From contig CAZEDG010000001.1 in the NCBI GenBank assembly GCA_964510805.1, forward strand, positions 48,227 through 112,226: a stretch of 64,000 bases of DNA. The letters run 5' to 3'. Shown piece after piece: positions 40,445-50,156 of this stretch (position 1 is the first letter of the stretch; every line of letters begins with the position of its first letter). The notes beneath the pieces were generated by a model. It did not search any database, had not been told where the DNA came from, and saw nothing but the letters and a program-made list of their open reading frames with translations. This DNA is from an uncultured Candidatus Saccharibacteria bacterium (lineage in GTDB: Bacteria > Patescibacteriota > Minisyncoccia > Phycocordibacterales > UBA5272). Made by a program: the position numbers and the translations under genes.

Positions 40445-41242
40445 TCAGATAACCCCAAGATTCCTGAGGAACCTTTCATCAAAAGCAAGGCCTTCACCAA
40501 GAAGAATGGAATAAAGGTTTGCATTGTTGATAAATGAAGCAGGGAATCTGAGTCCGGTGAATTGAGGTGATCTTGCCCCACTTTTGTCGAAAGCAATAAA
40601 GAGCTTGCTTTCCTCCCCAAATATCGTGTCCCTATGAATTTTTATGGTAGGTATACCTATTCTTATAGCATGCTCTTTGCATGATAGATCGAATAGCCTT
40701 CGAAATAATCGCACAAGATATTCAAACCTTCTTCTTGTTCTTTCCGTAGGGTTAGAAGATGGTTTTGTTGTGGGTTGTATTACTACCCCTTCTCTTGTGA
40801 GACGAGATATAAACGTGTTTTCCCACATCATAACAAGTTCTGTGAGTTGTTCCTGCAGTTCCTCTTCTTCAAGTTTTTCAAAATGAGTAAGAAGAAGTGA
40901 GTCAGTGTTGATTTCATGTCTTGTTGCAAAAATCTCTACTGTAGAACTTGCTCCTTCTTTGTAAGGAAACTCTTTCAACACAACAAGGCAGTCATTTACC
41001 GCATCTTTTTCAAAAAAGCAATCCTGGAAAAACCTTCCAGTAAAACGAGGAGTGCCTGCTTTTGTTTTTAACTTACCTCGTTGTATTGCCGAAAGAAATT
41101 CCTCACCACGAATTACCGGACGATAAGGAGCTTTATTAACGAGAAAGAGTCGCACACTTTCTTCTGTGTATTCAACCGCAAAAGCAAAATCAGTGTTTAT
41201 TCCATTGCTAAAGCCAAGCAAAGAGGGGAGAATTGTGTTCAT
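40445..41242 (-). CDS. orphan, highly degenerate RNB-like protein
   Basis: TDFAFAVE..RG, LTELVMMWENTFIS, QFTGLRFP follow RNB motif order; TTGACC-N17-TAGTGT; terminator ~40408-40432. Confidence 0.5.
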   Translation of the reverse strand: MNTILPSLLGFSNGINTDFAFAVEYTEESVRLFLVNKAPYRPVIRGEEFLSAIQRGKLKTKAGTPRFTGRFFQDCFFEKDAVNDCLVVLKEFPYKEGASSTVEIFATRHEINTDSLLLTHFEKLEEEELQEQLTELVMMWENTFISRLTREGVVIQPTTKPSSNPTERTRRRFEYLVRLFRRLFDLSCKEHAIRIGIPTIKIHRDTIFGEESKLFIAFDKSGARSPQFTGLRFPASFINNANLYSILLGEGLAFDERFLRNLGVI

Positions 41243-41390
41243 GTTGCCATCTCTATTTGAAGTTTCAAGGGGGTTTTCTTTCTATTCTGTAGAAAATAGA
41301 AAGAATCTGAGATAACACTACAACAAAATACGTTACAGGTCAATTATTTTCTTGCCTCTTTTTGTAAACATGCTAGTATAGATACTATCT

Positions 41391-42482
41391 ATGTCAAAGA
41401 ATTATTATGATGTTTTGGGAGTTGGTAAAAGCGCTTCAAAAGAAGAAATTAAGAAGGCGTTTTATAAATTAGCAGCGAAATATCATCCAGACAAAAAAGG
41501 TGGAGATGAAGCTAAGTTCAAAGAGGTTAATGAAGCATATCAGACACTCTCTGATGATAAGAAGCGTAAGGAATACGATACCTACGGACAGACCTTTAAC
41601 GGAGCAGGAGGAAACGGAAACGGCTTCGGAGGGTTTGGGGGCTTCGGTGGATTTAATCAAGGAGACTTCAGCGATATGCAGTTCGATTTCGGTGATCTTG
41701 GCGATATCTTTGGTGATATGTTCGGAGGTGGTTTTAGCGGTGGATCTCGTCAGAAGAGAGGGAGAGATATCTCTCTTGAGATTGATGTGCCTTTTACTGA
41801 AGCAGTGTTTGGTACTGAGCGTACGGTAATGATTACAAAAGTTTCTACATGTGAAGTATGTGATGGTACAGGAGCAAAACATGGAAGCAAGAAAAAAACT
41901 TGTGCTACTTGTAACGGTCAAGGAAAGATGCACGATGTAAAGAAAACATTCATGGGTAATTTCCAGACAGTAAGGACTTGTACTACTTGTAACGGTGTCG
42001 GGCAAGTTCCTGAAGAGCGTTGTTCTACTTGTAAAGGTAACGGTGTCTACAACAAGCGTGAAGATGTGGTTATCTCAGTTCCTGCAGGTATTTCAAATGG
42101 TGAAATGATTAGAATGACAGGAATGGGAGAGGCTATTGCTCAAGGTGTCTCAGGAGATCTGTATGTAAAGGTAAACGTGATTTCTCATAAGCTTTGGAAA
42201 AGAGAAGGACATGATCTTGTTATCAATCACGAGATCAAGCTCACTGATGCGCTTCTTGGTGTAAGTCATACTATTGATGGACTTGATGGTCCTATTACTA
42301 TCGACGTGGCACCAGGTGCTCAGCCAGGTGAGACATTACGTGTAAAAGGTCGAGGTGTCCCTCATGTTCATGAAAAAGGAAGAAGAGGGGATGCGCTTGT
42401 GAAGCTTCATATTGCGATGCCTAAGAAACTTTCCAGAAAAGCAGAGAGCTACATCCAAGGTCTTCGTGAAGAAGGACTATAG
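41391..42482 (+). CDS. dnaJ: chaperone DnaJ
   Basis: HPD, G/F region, four CxxCxGxG. Confidence 0.97.
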   Translation: MSKNYYDVLGVGKSASKEEIKKAFYKLAAKYHPDKKGGDEAKFKEVNEAYQTLSDDKKRKEYDTYGQTFNGAGGNGNGFGGFGGFGGFNQGDFSDMQFDFGDLGDIFGDMFGGGFSGGSRQKRGRDISLEIDVPFTEAVFGTERTVMITKVSTCEVCDGTGAKHGSKKKTCATCNGQGKMHDVKKTFMGNFQTVRTCTTCNGVGQVPEERCSTCKGNGVYNKREDVVISVPAGISNGEMIRMTGMGEAIAQGVSGDLYVKVNVISHKLWKREGHDLVINHEIKLTDALLGVSHTIDGLDGPITIDVAPGAQPGETLRVKGRGVPHVHEKGRRGDALVKLHIAMPKKLSRKAESYIQGLREEGL

Positions 42483-42578
42483 TATCTGTGGGTAATTCTA
42501 CAAGAAAACACAAAGTGCATTGCTTTGTGTTTTCTTTTTGTTAGACTATTTTATATATCAACAAATAATTAATTGCTT

Positions 42579-43985
42579 ATGATTCTTGCAATATCAGTGC
42601 TTGTGTATGCGCTTGTAATGATTTTGATCGGTGTCTACGCTGCGCGAAAGGTGAAGAACTCAGAGGATTATGTGCTTGCTGGGAGATCGCTTCCTTTTTA
42701 TATGGCACTTTCAACAGTGTTTGCAACGTGGTTTGGAAGTGAGAGTATCTTGGGTGCTGGAAGTAAGTTCGCAGAAGGAGGGTTCTCTAATGTGCTTGAA
42801 GATCCTTTTGGGGCAGGGCTTTGTCTTATTATTTCTGGTATCTTTTTTAATAGGAAGTTGTATCGCCTTAATTTTCTTACTATCGGTGACTATTTCAAGG
42901 ATCGTTACAATACAATCATTGCACTCTTCCTATCATCTGTGATTATTGTGAGCTACTTCGGATGGGTTGCTGCGCAGTTCCTTGCACTTGGAGTTGTACT
43001 CCATACGATTATTCCTATACTCTCTATCACTTCATGGGTGATAGTTTCTGCTGTTGTTGTCTCATGTTACACCGTACTTGGAGGCATGGTCTCAGTTGCG
43101 CTTCATGATACGGTACAGTCTGCGATTATTCTTATTGGTCTTCTTGCTATTCTTGTGTCAGTTCTTCCTCTTGTAGGCGGTGTCTCAGGATTCTTCGAGA
43201 TTGTTCCTCCAGGACACCTTGATATTTTTCCTAAGACTGATTCCATGCTCGCGTGGGTTGTGTTCTTTACTGCGCTTATGACGCAAGGCTTCGGAAGCAT
43301 TCCACAACAAGATATTTATCAACGTGCTATGAGTGCTAAGAATGAAAAGGAAAGTATGCTTGCTTCTGTCTTCGGGGGGTTGCTTTATTTTACAGTAGTA
43401 ATGATTCCTATCATGATTGCAACGATTGCAGGGCATCTTTATCCAGAGATACTTAAGAATGATTCGCAACTTCTTATCCCGACACTGATTCGTGAGCATA
43501 CAAGTGCGCTTCTCCAGATACTTTTCTTTGGCGCACTCATCTCAGCGATTTTGTCTACCGCATCCGGTGCACTTCTTGCACCAGCAACACTTCTCTCCGA
43601 AAATATTATCAAACCTTTCTTCAAGGAGATGAGTGACAAGCTTCGTATGTATATTATTCAGATCGGTGTGATTGTGGTTGCTATCGGTGGAGTTTTTCTT
43701 GCATATAACCCTGACGCACATATTTATGAACTTGTTGGAAGCGCATATTCTATTACTCTTGTTGCTGGATTTGCACCACTTGCTTTTGGCCTCTATTCTT
43801 CTCGAGTTAATAGTTTTGGAGCTTTTGTTTCTATCGTGTTCGGAGTATCTACATGGCTTCTTGCTGACAAAGCCGGAACCGCAGTACCTAGTACTTTTAT
43901 AGGTTTTATGTTTTCTATTATAGGTATTATTGTTGGATCCTACGCGGGAAGATTTATTGAAAAGGAAGAGAAGCTAATTAAATAA
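42579..43985 (+). CDS. sodium:solute symporter family protein
   Basis: DYVLAGRSL, ATWFG, QRAMSAK, SAILST; ~13 TM. Confidence 0.9.
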   Translation: MILAISVLVYALVMILIGVYAARKVKNSEDYVLAGRSLPFYMALSTVFATWFGSESILGAGSKFAEGGFSNVLEDPFGAGLCLIISGIFFNRKLYRLNFLTIGDYFKDRYNTIIALFLSSVIIVSYFGWVAAQFLALGVVLHTIIPILSITSWVIVSAVVVSCYTVLGGMVSVALHDTVQSAIILIGLLAILVSVLPLVGGVSGFFEIVPPGHLDIFPKTDSMLAWVVFFTALMTQGFGSIPQQDIYQRAMSAKNEKESMLASVFGGLLYFTVVMIPIMIATIAGHLYPEILKNDSQLLIPTLIREHTSALLQILFFGALISAILSTASGALLAPATLLSENIIKPFFKEMSDKLRMYIIQIGVIVVAIGGVFLAYNPDAHIYELVGSAYSITLVAGFAPLAFGLYSSRVNSFGAFVSIVFGVSTWLLADKAGTAVPSTFIGFMFSIIGIIVGSYAGRFIEKEEKLIK

Positions 43986-44027
43986 TCTAAAAAACGTGAC
44001 CAAATATTGTGTGGTATACTTTTGACT

Positions 44028-45008
44028 ATGGAAAAGAAAAAAACTCTTGTATCAGGCATTCAATCAAGTGGTACCCTCCATCTTGGAAATTATTTTGGTG
44101 CAATGCGTCAGAATATTACTCTTTCAAATAGTGGAGAATTCGATGCCTATATTTTTATTGCAGACTATCATTCGATGACGAGTCTGACTGATAGAGAAGC
44201 TCGCCGTACGAGCACATTTCAACTTGCGTGTGCCTACCTTGCATGCGGTCTTGATGTTTCAAAAGTAACACTCTTTAGACAGTCTGATGTGCCACTTCAT
44301 ACTGAACTTGCTTGGATGCTCTCGACAGTGACGCCAATGGCGATGCTTGAGTTGGCTCATTCATATAAAGATAAGCAAGCAAAAGGTCTCGAGACAAATG
44401 TAGGACTCTTCACGTATCCTGTGCTTATGGCGTCAGATATTCTTATGTATAACGCAGATGTAGTGCCTGTTGGTAAAGACCAGATTCAACATATCGAGAT
44501 GACTCGTGAGATTGCGGGTAAGTTTAATCGTGCGTATAATATTGAACTTTTCAAAGCACCAAAAGAATACGTAATTGGAGATGTTGCGGTTGTGCCAGGA
44601 ACAGATGGGCAGAAGATGAGTAAGAGCTATGGTAATGTGATTCCACTCTTTGGAACTGATGAAGAAATTAAGAAGGCTGTGATGGGTATTGTAACTGATA
44701 GTGCCCGCCCAGAAGACAAGAAGAATCCAGATGAGAATAGTGTTTATAAGATTCATACACTTTTCTTAAATGAAGAAGAGGGTAGAGTATTACGTGCACG
44801 CTACGAAGAAGGTGGGCTATCGTACAAGGAAGCAAAAGAATCTTTGCTTGCAGATCTTCTTCGCTATATTGGTCCAATGAGAGAAAAGTATGACTACTAT
44901 CAAACGCACCAAGAAGAGGTCTATGCAATTTTAGAAGAAGGCAAGAGAAAGGCAAATGAGAAGGCAGAGAGGATGATGAGGGAGGTGAGGGGCGTGGTGG
45001 GGTTATAG
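44028..45008 (+). CDS. trpS: tryptophan--tRNA ligase
   Basis: HLGN, YPVLMASDI, VPVGKDQ, KMSKS. Confidence 0.97.
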   Translation: MEKKKTLVSGIQSSGTLHLGNYFGAMRQNITLSNSGEFDAYIFIADYHSMTSLTDREARRTSTFQLACAYLACGLDVSKVTLFRQSDVPLHTELAWMLSTVTPMAMLELAHSYKDKQAKGLETNVGLFTYPVLMASDILMYNADVVPVGKDQIQHIEMTREIAGKFNRAYNIELFKAPKEYVIGDVAVVPGTDGQKMSKSYGNVIPLFGTDEEIKKAVMGIVTDSARPEDKKNPDENSVYKIHTLFLNEEEGRVLRARYEEGGLSYKEAKESLLADLLRYIGPMREKYDYYQTHQEEVYAILEEGKRKANEKAERMMREVRGVVGL

Positions 45009-45065
45009 TAGTATCATCATATTTTTTTAAAAGAAAGAATAAAAAAATACAGTAAGTTTTTAAAT

Positions 45066-45287
45066 ATGAAAAAATATCAAAAGGTTAAAATTATTACGCT
45101 GTTCATAATCTGTTTTAGTGCTTTACTGCTTGTCTCCGCACTTTATTTTTCTGGAGAAAATTGGGCGACTGCTAACTTGAGTTGGGATTTTCCTGTGACA
45201 CAGTCTAAACTAACTTTTGCTGATAAAATTTTTTTCCCGATTTTAACGTTGCTGTACAAGATTGCTATTTTCTTACACATCCCATAA
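45066..45287 (+). CDS. small AT-rich membrane protein
   Basis: 73 aa, two hydrophobic segments. Confidence 0.45.
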   Translation: MKKYQKVKIITLFIICFSALLLVSALYFSGENWATANLSWDFPVTQSKLTFADKIFFPILTLLYKIAIFLHIP

Positions 45288-45354
45288 ATTCATTTTCTCT
45301 TTTTTGAGATTGAGTTAACTTGTTTACTTTATGCAAAGTGTGTTAGTATGATCT

Positions 45355-45507
45355 AAGCGTTGATGGAACTGACAAATCCGGAGCCTTATTTAATAAAAAC
45401 AAGAGTGGTCACACTAAGTGGCAAGGTACGGTGGCACCGCGGTTCCCGTAATCGTCCGTACATAGAATACTTCGTAGTTTTGTGAAGTGCTCTATGTACG
45501 GACTTTT
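45355..45507 (+). ncRNA. T-box riboswitch (Asp), minimal architecture
   Basis: Stem I base GCGTTGA/GAGC, GAC specifier 45371-73, antiterminator GTACGG-TGGCACC-GCGG..TCGT-CCGTAC, overlapping terminator 45454-45507. Confidence 0.9.
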
Positions 45508-45512
45508 ACTTT

Positions 45513-46925
45513 ATGACTAGAATATATTGCAAGGACCTTTCTTCACATGTTGAACAAGAGGTGACTGTACAGGGTTGGATCGATGTGCGTCGTGATCAGG
45601 GGAAGATGATCTTCCTTGATCTTCGTGATGTAACAGGGAAGGTGCAAGCAGTTGCTCTACCTTTTCACACAGAAGCAAAAGAAGTTGCTGAGAAGGTTCG
45701 CCCTGAGTGGGTTGTTGAGGTTAAGGCTAAGGTTAATAAGCGTCCAGAGAAGAATGTCAAAGCAGATACCCTTAATGGTGACATTGAGCTTGAAATTCTT
45801 ACTATCACAATTCTTAATGAGGCAACCACCCCAGCATTTGATATCTCAACTAGTGGTTATGAGGTAAACGAAGAAGTAAGACTTGAGAAAAAGTATCTTG
45901 ATCTTCGTCGAAAGAGACTTCAAGATAATGTGATTATGCGACATAAGGTAATTAAGATGATTCGCGATGAGCTTGATAAGCAGAACTTTTTTGAAATAGA
46001 GACACCACTTCTTACTAACCCGACACCCGAAGGATCACGGTCATATCTTGTGCCTTCGCGTATTTGGCAGGGGAATTTTTATGCACTTCCACAATCACCA
46101 CAACAGTATAAGCAACTTCTCATGTCTTCTGGATTTGAACGATACTTCCAGATTGCAAAATGTATGCGTGATGAGGATACTCGTGGTGATCGTCAACCAG
46201 AGTTCACTCAGATGGACCTTGAGATGAGTTTTGTGAAGCGCGAAGATGTAATGAGGGTGAATGAAGAATTGCTTATTACAATCGTACAAAAACTTTTCCC
46301 TAAGAAGCGTATTCAACAAGTGCCGTTCCCTGTGTTTACCTATAAAGAGGTGATGGAGAAGTATGGATCTGATAAGCCTGATATTCGTAATGATAAGAAT
46401 GATCCTGATCTTCTTGCATTCTGTTGGGTTGTTGATTTTCCGGCATTCGAAAAGACAGGAGAAGATAACGTGGACGGGACAGGAGAGTGGACCTTTACTC
46501 ATAACCCATTCACTGGTGTCAAAGATGAATGGAAGCAGTCGCTTCTTGAAAAAAAGAATATTGCTGATATCGTATCAACACAGTATGATGTTGCACTCAA
46601 TGGGTATGAGATTGGTGGCGGTGGAATACGTCTTCATGATCCTGCAATGCTTCGCAAAGTGTTCGAGATTATGGGGTATGATGATGAACGCATCGAAAGA
46701 AACTTCGGGCACATGCTAACCGCGCTTGGCTCAGGCACTCCTCCACACGGAGGTATTGCGTGGGGGCTTGATCGCTTCCTTATGATACTTCTTAATGAGC
46801 CTAATATTCGCGAAGTAATGGCATTTCCGAAGACAGGTGAGGGTAAGGACCTCCTCATGCAGGCTCCGGCCCCTGCAAGCCAAAAAACCATGCGTGAGCT
46901 TGGTATAGAAGTGAAGGGGAAGTAG
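45513..46925 (+). CDS. aspS: aspartate--tRNA ligase (short, insertion domain largely absent)
   Basis: YLDLRR, LPQSPQ, RDED.RGDRQPEFTQ, PPHGGIAWGLDR. Confidence 0.95.
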   Translation: MTRIYCKDLSSHVEQEVTVQGWIDVRRDQGKMIFLDLRDVTGKVQAVALPFHTEAKEVAEKVRPEWVVEVKAKVNKRPEKNVKADTLNGDIELEILTITILNEATTPAFDISTSGYEVNEEVRLEKKYLDLRRKRLQDNVIMRHKVIKMIRDELDKQNFFEIETPLLTNPTPEGSRSYLVPSRIWQGNFYALPQSPQQYKQLLMSSGFERYFQIAKCMRDEDTRGDRQPEFTQMDLEMSFVKREDVMRVNEELLITIVQKLFPKKRIQQVPFPVFTYKEVMEKYGSDKPDIRNDKNDPDLLAFCWVVDFPAFEKTGEDNVDGTGEWTFTHNPFTGVKDEWKQSLLEKKNIADIVSTQYDVALNGYEIGGGGIRLHDPAMLRKVFEIMGYDDERIERNFGHMLTALGSGTPPHGGIAWGLDRFLMILLNEPNIREVMAFPKTGEGKDLLMQAPAPASQKTMRELGIEVKGK

Positions 46926-46932
46926 GTTTAGG

Positions 46933-46999
46933 GAGTGAGGAATGAAGAATGAGGAATGAGGTTGCAAGAGAAGAGCGACGCCGTAGGCGTCGCTCTTCT
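46933..46999. repeat. GARTGAR heptamer array plus third GCGACGCC-GTA-GGCGTCGC palindrome
   Basis: gagtgag gaatgaa gaatgag gaatgag; agaagagcgacgcc-gta-ggcgtcgctcttct. Confidence 0.85.
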
Positions 47000-47077
47000 T
47001 AACTTTGATTGACAAAAAGTATTATATTATGTAGTATAATTATTAGTTTTGGGAATCAAAAAATGGAAGGAACCAAA

Positions 47078-47392
47078 ATGTTCAAGATTTTTGCTATGCT
47101 TTTTGCAACCCTGCTTTCTTTTTCTTCTTCTGCACAGATTTTTCCAGAAGACAAGAAAAAGGAAGGGTCACTTGTGATTCTTGAGTACATTGTTTCTCAA
47201 GAGAACATAACATGTAAACGAGTAATCAAAAAAATCAAAAAAGCCCCAGAGCTTACGGAAGAGCAGTGCAACTCATTGATTGCTTCTTTCCGAAAGAAAG
47301 CAAAAAAGTTTTTGCGAGGAGATAGGTTGGCTTATGTCTTCTCTGGAGAGACTAACGGTTGGGTTTTTGAATCCGCCGAGACACAAGGATGA
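47078..47392 (+). CDS. orphan small secreted protein
   Basis: TTGACA-N17-TAGTAT (47009-37), AAGGA SD, signal peptide, terminator ~47411-47435. Confidence 0.65.
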   Translation: MFKIFAMLFATLLSFSSSAQIFPEDKKKEGSLVILEYIVSQENITCKRVIKKIKKAPELTEEQCNSLIASFRKKAKKFLRGDRLAYVFSGETNGWVFESAETQG

Positions 47393-47459
47393 TATCACCA
47401 TCGAAGAAGTAGGCCCGCTACGCAAAGCGGGCCTTTGTTTTTTGTGGTAGTATAGAAAT

Positions 47460-48602
47460 ATGTCCATACGTAAGCATAGTAGTATTTTTGTGCTCATTTT
47501 TCTTTCACTAAGCACTTTTTCTTATGGTGCCTCTTTTGAAAAAGGTGCGTGGATTCCTTATTGGAAAAAGACTGAAGGTGCGAGTACAACGCTTCCTAAT
47601 CTTGATGTGCTTACACAAATAAGCCCCTTTGCATATGAATTACAAAACGATGGCACAATTAAGAACGCTCTTAAGATAGAAGAAGAGCCTTGGACTTCTC
47701 TCATCGCTGAAGCAAAGAAAAAGAAAGTAAAAGTCTATCCAAGCATTCTTTCATACCCAAACTCTTCTTCCGAGAAAAAAGCGGTATATACACTTCTCTC
47801 TAATAAAAAGAAACGACAAGCCCACGTAAAAGCAATTGTTGCACTTGTGAAGAAAAATAAATTTGATGGCATTGATATTGATTACGAAGCTAAGATTGCT
47901 GAAAGTAAGCCTTATTTTTCGGCGTTTCTTACAGAGCTTTCGACAGCGCTTCATAAAGAAAAGAAGCAACTTATTTGTACTATTGAGCCACGCACCCCGC
48001 CAGATAGTAGGTATGCCACCACTTCCAAAGAAGTGCTTTCAAAGGTTGAATATGCAAATGATTACAAAGTAATTGGTAAGGCATGTGACCAGGTGAGACT
48101 TATGGCGTATGATCAGATGACTGATGATGCGAAGCTTACTAATCAGTATAAAGATACAGGTACTCTCTATGCGCCGGTTGCTGATATCGAATGGGTAAAA
48201 AAAATTATTACGGTAGCGCTTTGGGATATCCCTGCAAAAAAAATTATCATTGGTGTACCAACCTACGGATACAAGTATGAGATCAAGACTTCCACGTCAA
48301 CAGGAGGGTATCTCTATAAAAAGATTGGTTCCATGAATTATAATTACTCAGTTGAGCTTGCTAAGAGTACAGGACAATCTCCTACACGTAATCAAGCAGG
48401 CGAACTTCATTTTGTCTATTCAACATCAACCGGAGTAAATGGTGAAGCGCTTGGTTCATATAAGCAATATCTTGTCTGGTATTCTGATGCGCAAGCAATT
48501 CTTGATAAGATAAAACTCGCAAAACTGTATAAGTTAGGCGGTGTTGTTGTTTTTAAGATAGATGGAGGAAATGACCCAAGAGTGTTCGAAGTTTTGAGAT
48601 AG
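47460..48602 (+). CDS. secreted glycoside hydrolase family 18
   Basis: FDGIDIDYE, MAYD, GVPTYG. Confidence 0.9.
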   Translation: MSIRKHSSIFVLIFLSLSTFSYGASFEKGAWIPYWKKTEGASTTLPNLDVLTQISPFAYELQNDGTIKNALKIEEEPWTSLIAEAKKKKVKVYPSILSYPNSSSEKKAVYTLLSNKKKRQAHVKAIVALVKKNKFDGIDIDYEAKIAESKPYFSAFLTELSTALHKEKKQLICTIEPRTPPDSRYATTSKEVLSKVEYANDYKVIGKACDQVRLMAYDQMTDDAKLTNQYKDTGTLYAPVADIEWVKKIITVALWDIPAKKIIIGVPTYGYKYEIKTSTSTGGYLYKKIGSMNYNYSVELAKSTGQSPTRNQAGELHFVYSTSTGVNGEALGSYKQYLVWYSDAQAILDKIKLAKLYKLGGVVVFKIDGGNDPRVFEVLR

Positions 48603-48665
48603 TATTAGTTTTGGTTTTGCCCTATCAACAAAGTAAGTGTATCTACATGAGGTATACTAGAGGTA

Positions 48666-49607
48666 ATGGAATTTACTATAAAATTAGACCGTTTTGAGGG
48701 GCCTTATACTAAACTTCTTGAACTTATTGAGGGGAAGAAGCTTTCTATCACCGAATTTTCTCTTGCACAGGTTGCTGATGAGTACATTCTGTATATTAAG
48801 AGTCTTCCAAAAAAAGATACGGTAGATATTTCTCAGTTTATTGTTGTTGCTTCCACGCTTATGCTGATGAAGGCAAAGTCTCTTTTGCCTGGTGTTGAGT
48901 ATACAGAAGAAGAAGAGAAGCAGATACACGATCTTGAATTTAAACTTGAGCTCTACAAATTACTTTCACAAGGTGTCGCTTTAATCAATAAAGAATATAA
49001 TAAAATGCCTTTGTATACGAGGTCATATGTGTTTCCTAAAGATGTGCATGTTTTTGTTCCAGATGAGAGAGTTACTCCTGTGTTTCTTCAGTCGATTATG
49101 TCGCTTACACTTCAGTCGTTTGTTGTCCCTAAAAGTCTAGTAAAAGTAGATGTTGAACAAGCGCTCCGTATTGAAAATGTGATCGAAAACCTTCTTGAAC
49201 GTATCCAGAAGGTTGATGTTGTAAAACTTTCCACGCTCGCAGGTGACGGCAAGACAAAAGAAGAACAGAAAAAAATTCTCATTGTCTCTTTTATTGCACT
49301 TCTCGAACTTGTGAAGTCAGGAAGGGTTGATGCTCATCAAGATGCATCCGGTGATGTTACGATTACCTCTTCTTCTCAAGAAAATGTTTCTCCTAATAAA
49401 GAAGAAGACGCACAACACGAAGAAGAGAATATAAAAGAAAGCGCTCCTTCTTTGGTGGTTTCTACACCAGAAGCAAGTCCTTTACCTGCCCCTCCAAGCT
49501 CTACACAAGGAGAAGAAAAAGAGAAGGTGACAAAAGAAGAATCACAAGAATTGCAAGGAGTAGAGACTGCCCCTCTTTCTACCCAAGGTCTATCAACTAC
49601 CTCATGA
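48666..49607 (+). CDS. scpA: segregation/condensation protein A with disordered tail
   Basis: FEGP..LLELI, MKAKSLLP, FIALLEL. Confidence 0.9.
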   Translation: MEFTIKLDRFEGPYTKLLELIEGKKLSITEFSLAQVADEYILYIKSLPKKDTVDISQFIVVASTLMLMKAKSLLPGVEYTEEEEKQIHDLEFKLELYKLLSQGVALINKEYNKMPLYTRSYVFPKDVHVFVPDERVTPVFLQSIMSLTLQSFVVPKSLVKVDVEQALRIENVIENLLERIQKVDVVKLSTLAGDGKTKEEQKKILIVSFIALLELVKSGRVDAHQDASGDVTITSSSQENVSPNKEEDAQHEEENIKESAPSLVVSTPEASPLPAPPSSTQGEEKEKVTKEESQELQGVETAPLSTQGLSTTS

Positions 49608-49629
49608 TACACTAAGAACATATATATAT

Positions 49630-50136
49630 ATGCTCGAAAAAGTTATTACACTACTATTTCTTTCAGGAGATCCTGTTCCTCTCAAGAAGTTGGCGGATTT
49701 TCTTGGTATTCAAAAAGAAGAAATTGTTCAGAACCTTCCCTTTGTTACTTCTGAGTTAGAAAAGATAGGGCTTACCCTCATGGTGAGCAATGACGGTGTT
49801 GCAATCACAACTAAACAAGAACAGGCAAGTTTAGTTTCTTCATGGACTAAGCTTGATTTAGAGGGGGAGCTTACACCTGCTTCTCTTCAAGTGCTTGCAC
49901 TTGTTGCATATCTTGGCTACCCTACAAGAGAACAAATTTCGTATATACGTGGCGTACAGTCTTCTCAGTCAATACGCACCCTTGCTGTCAGAGGGCTTAT
50001 CACGCGAGTAGGAGAAGTGTGTTCGCTTACAAGTGAAGCACTCAAGCATCTTGGTGTTACAAAAATTGAAGAATTACCAGAATATCAGAAGATGCACACA
50101 GAACTTCTTGCTAAGTTACAAGAGAGGACGCTCTAG
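49630..50136 (+). CDS. scpB: segregation/condensation protein B
   Basis: LFLSGDP, LALVAY..P.TR..I..IRGV. Confidence 0.9.
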   Translation: MLEKVITLLFLSGDPVPLKKLADFLGIQKEEIVQNLPFVTSELEKIGLTLMVSNDGVAITTKQEQASLVSSWTKLDLEGELTPASLQVLALVAYLGYPTREQISYIRGVQSSQSIRTLAVRGLITRVGEVCSLTSEALKHLGVTKIEELPEYQKMHTELLAKLQERTL

Positions 50137-50156
50137 TGTCTATTATTTTTTTGTGT

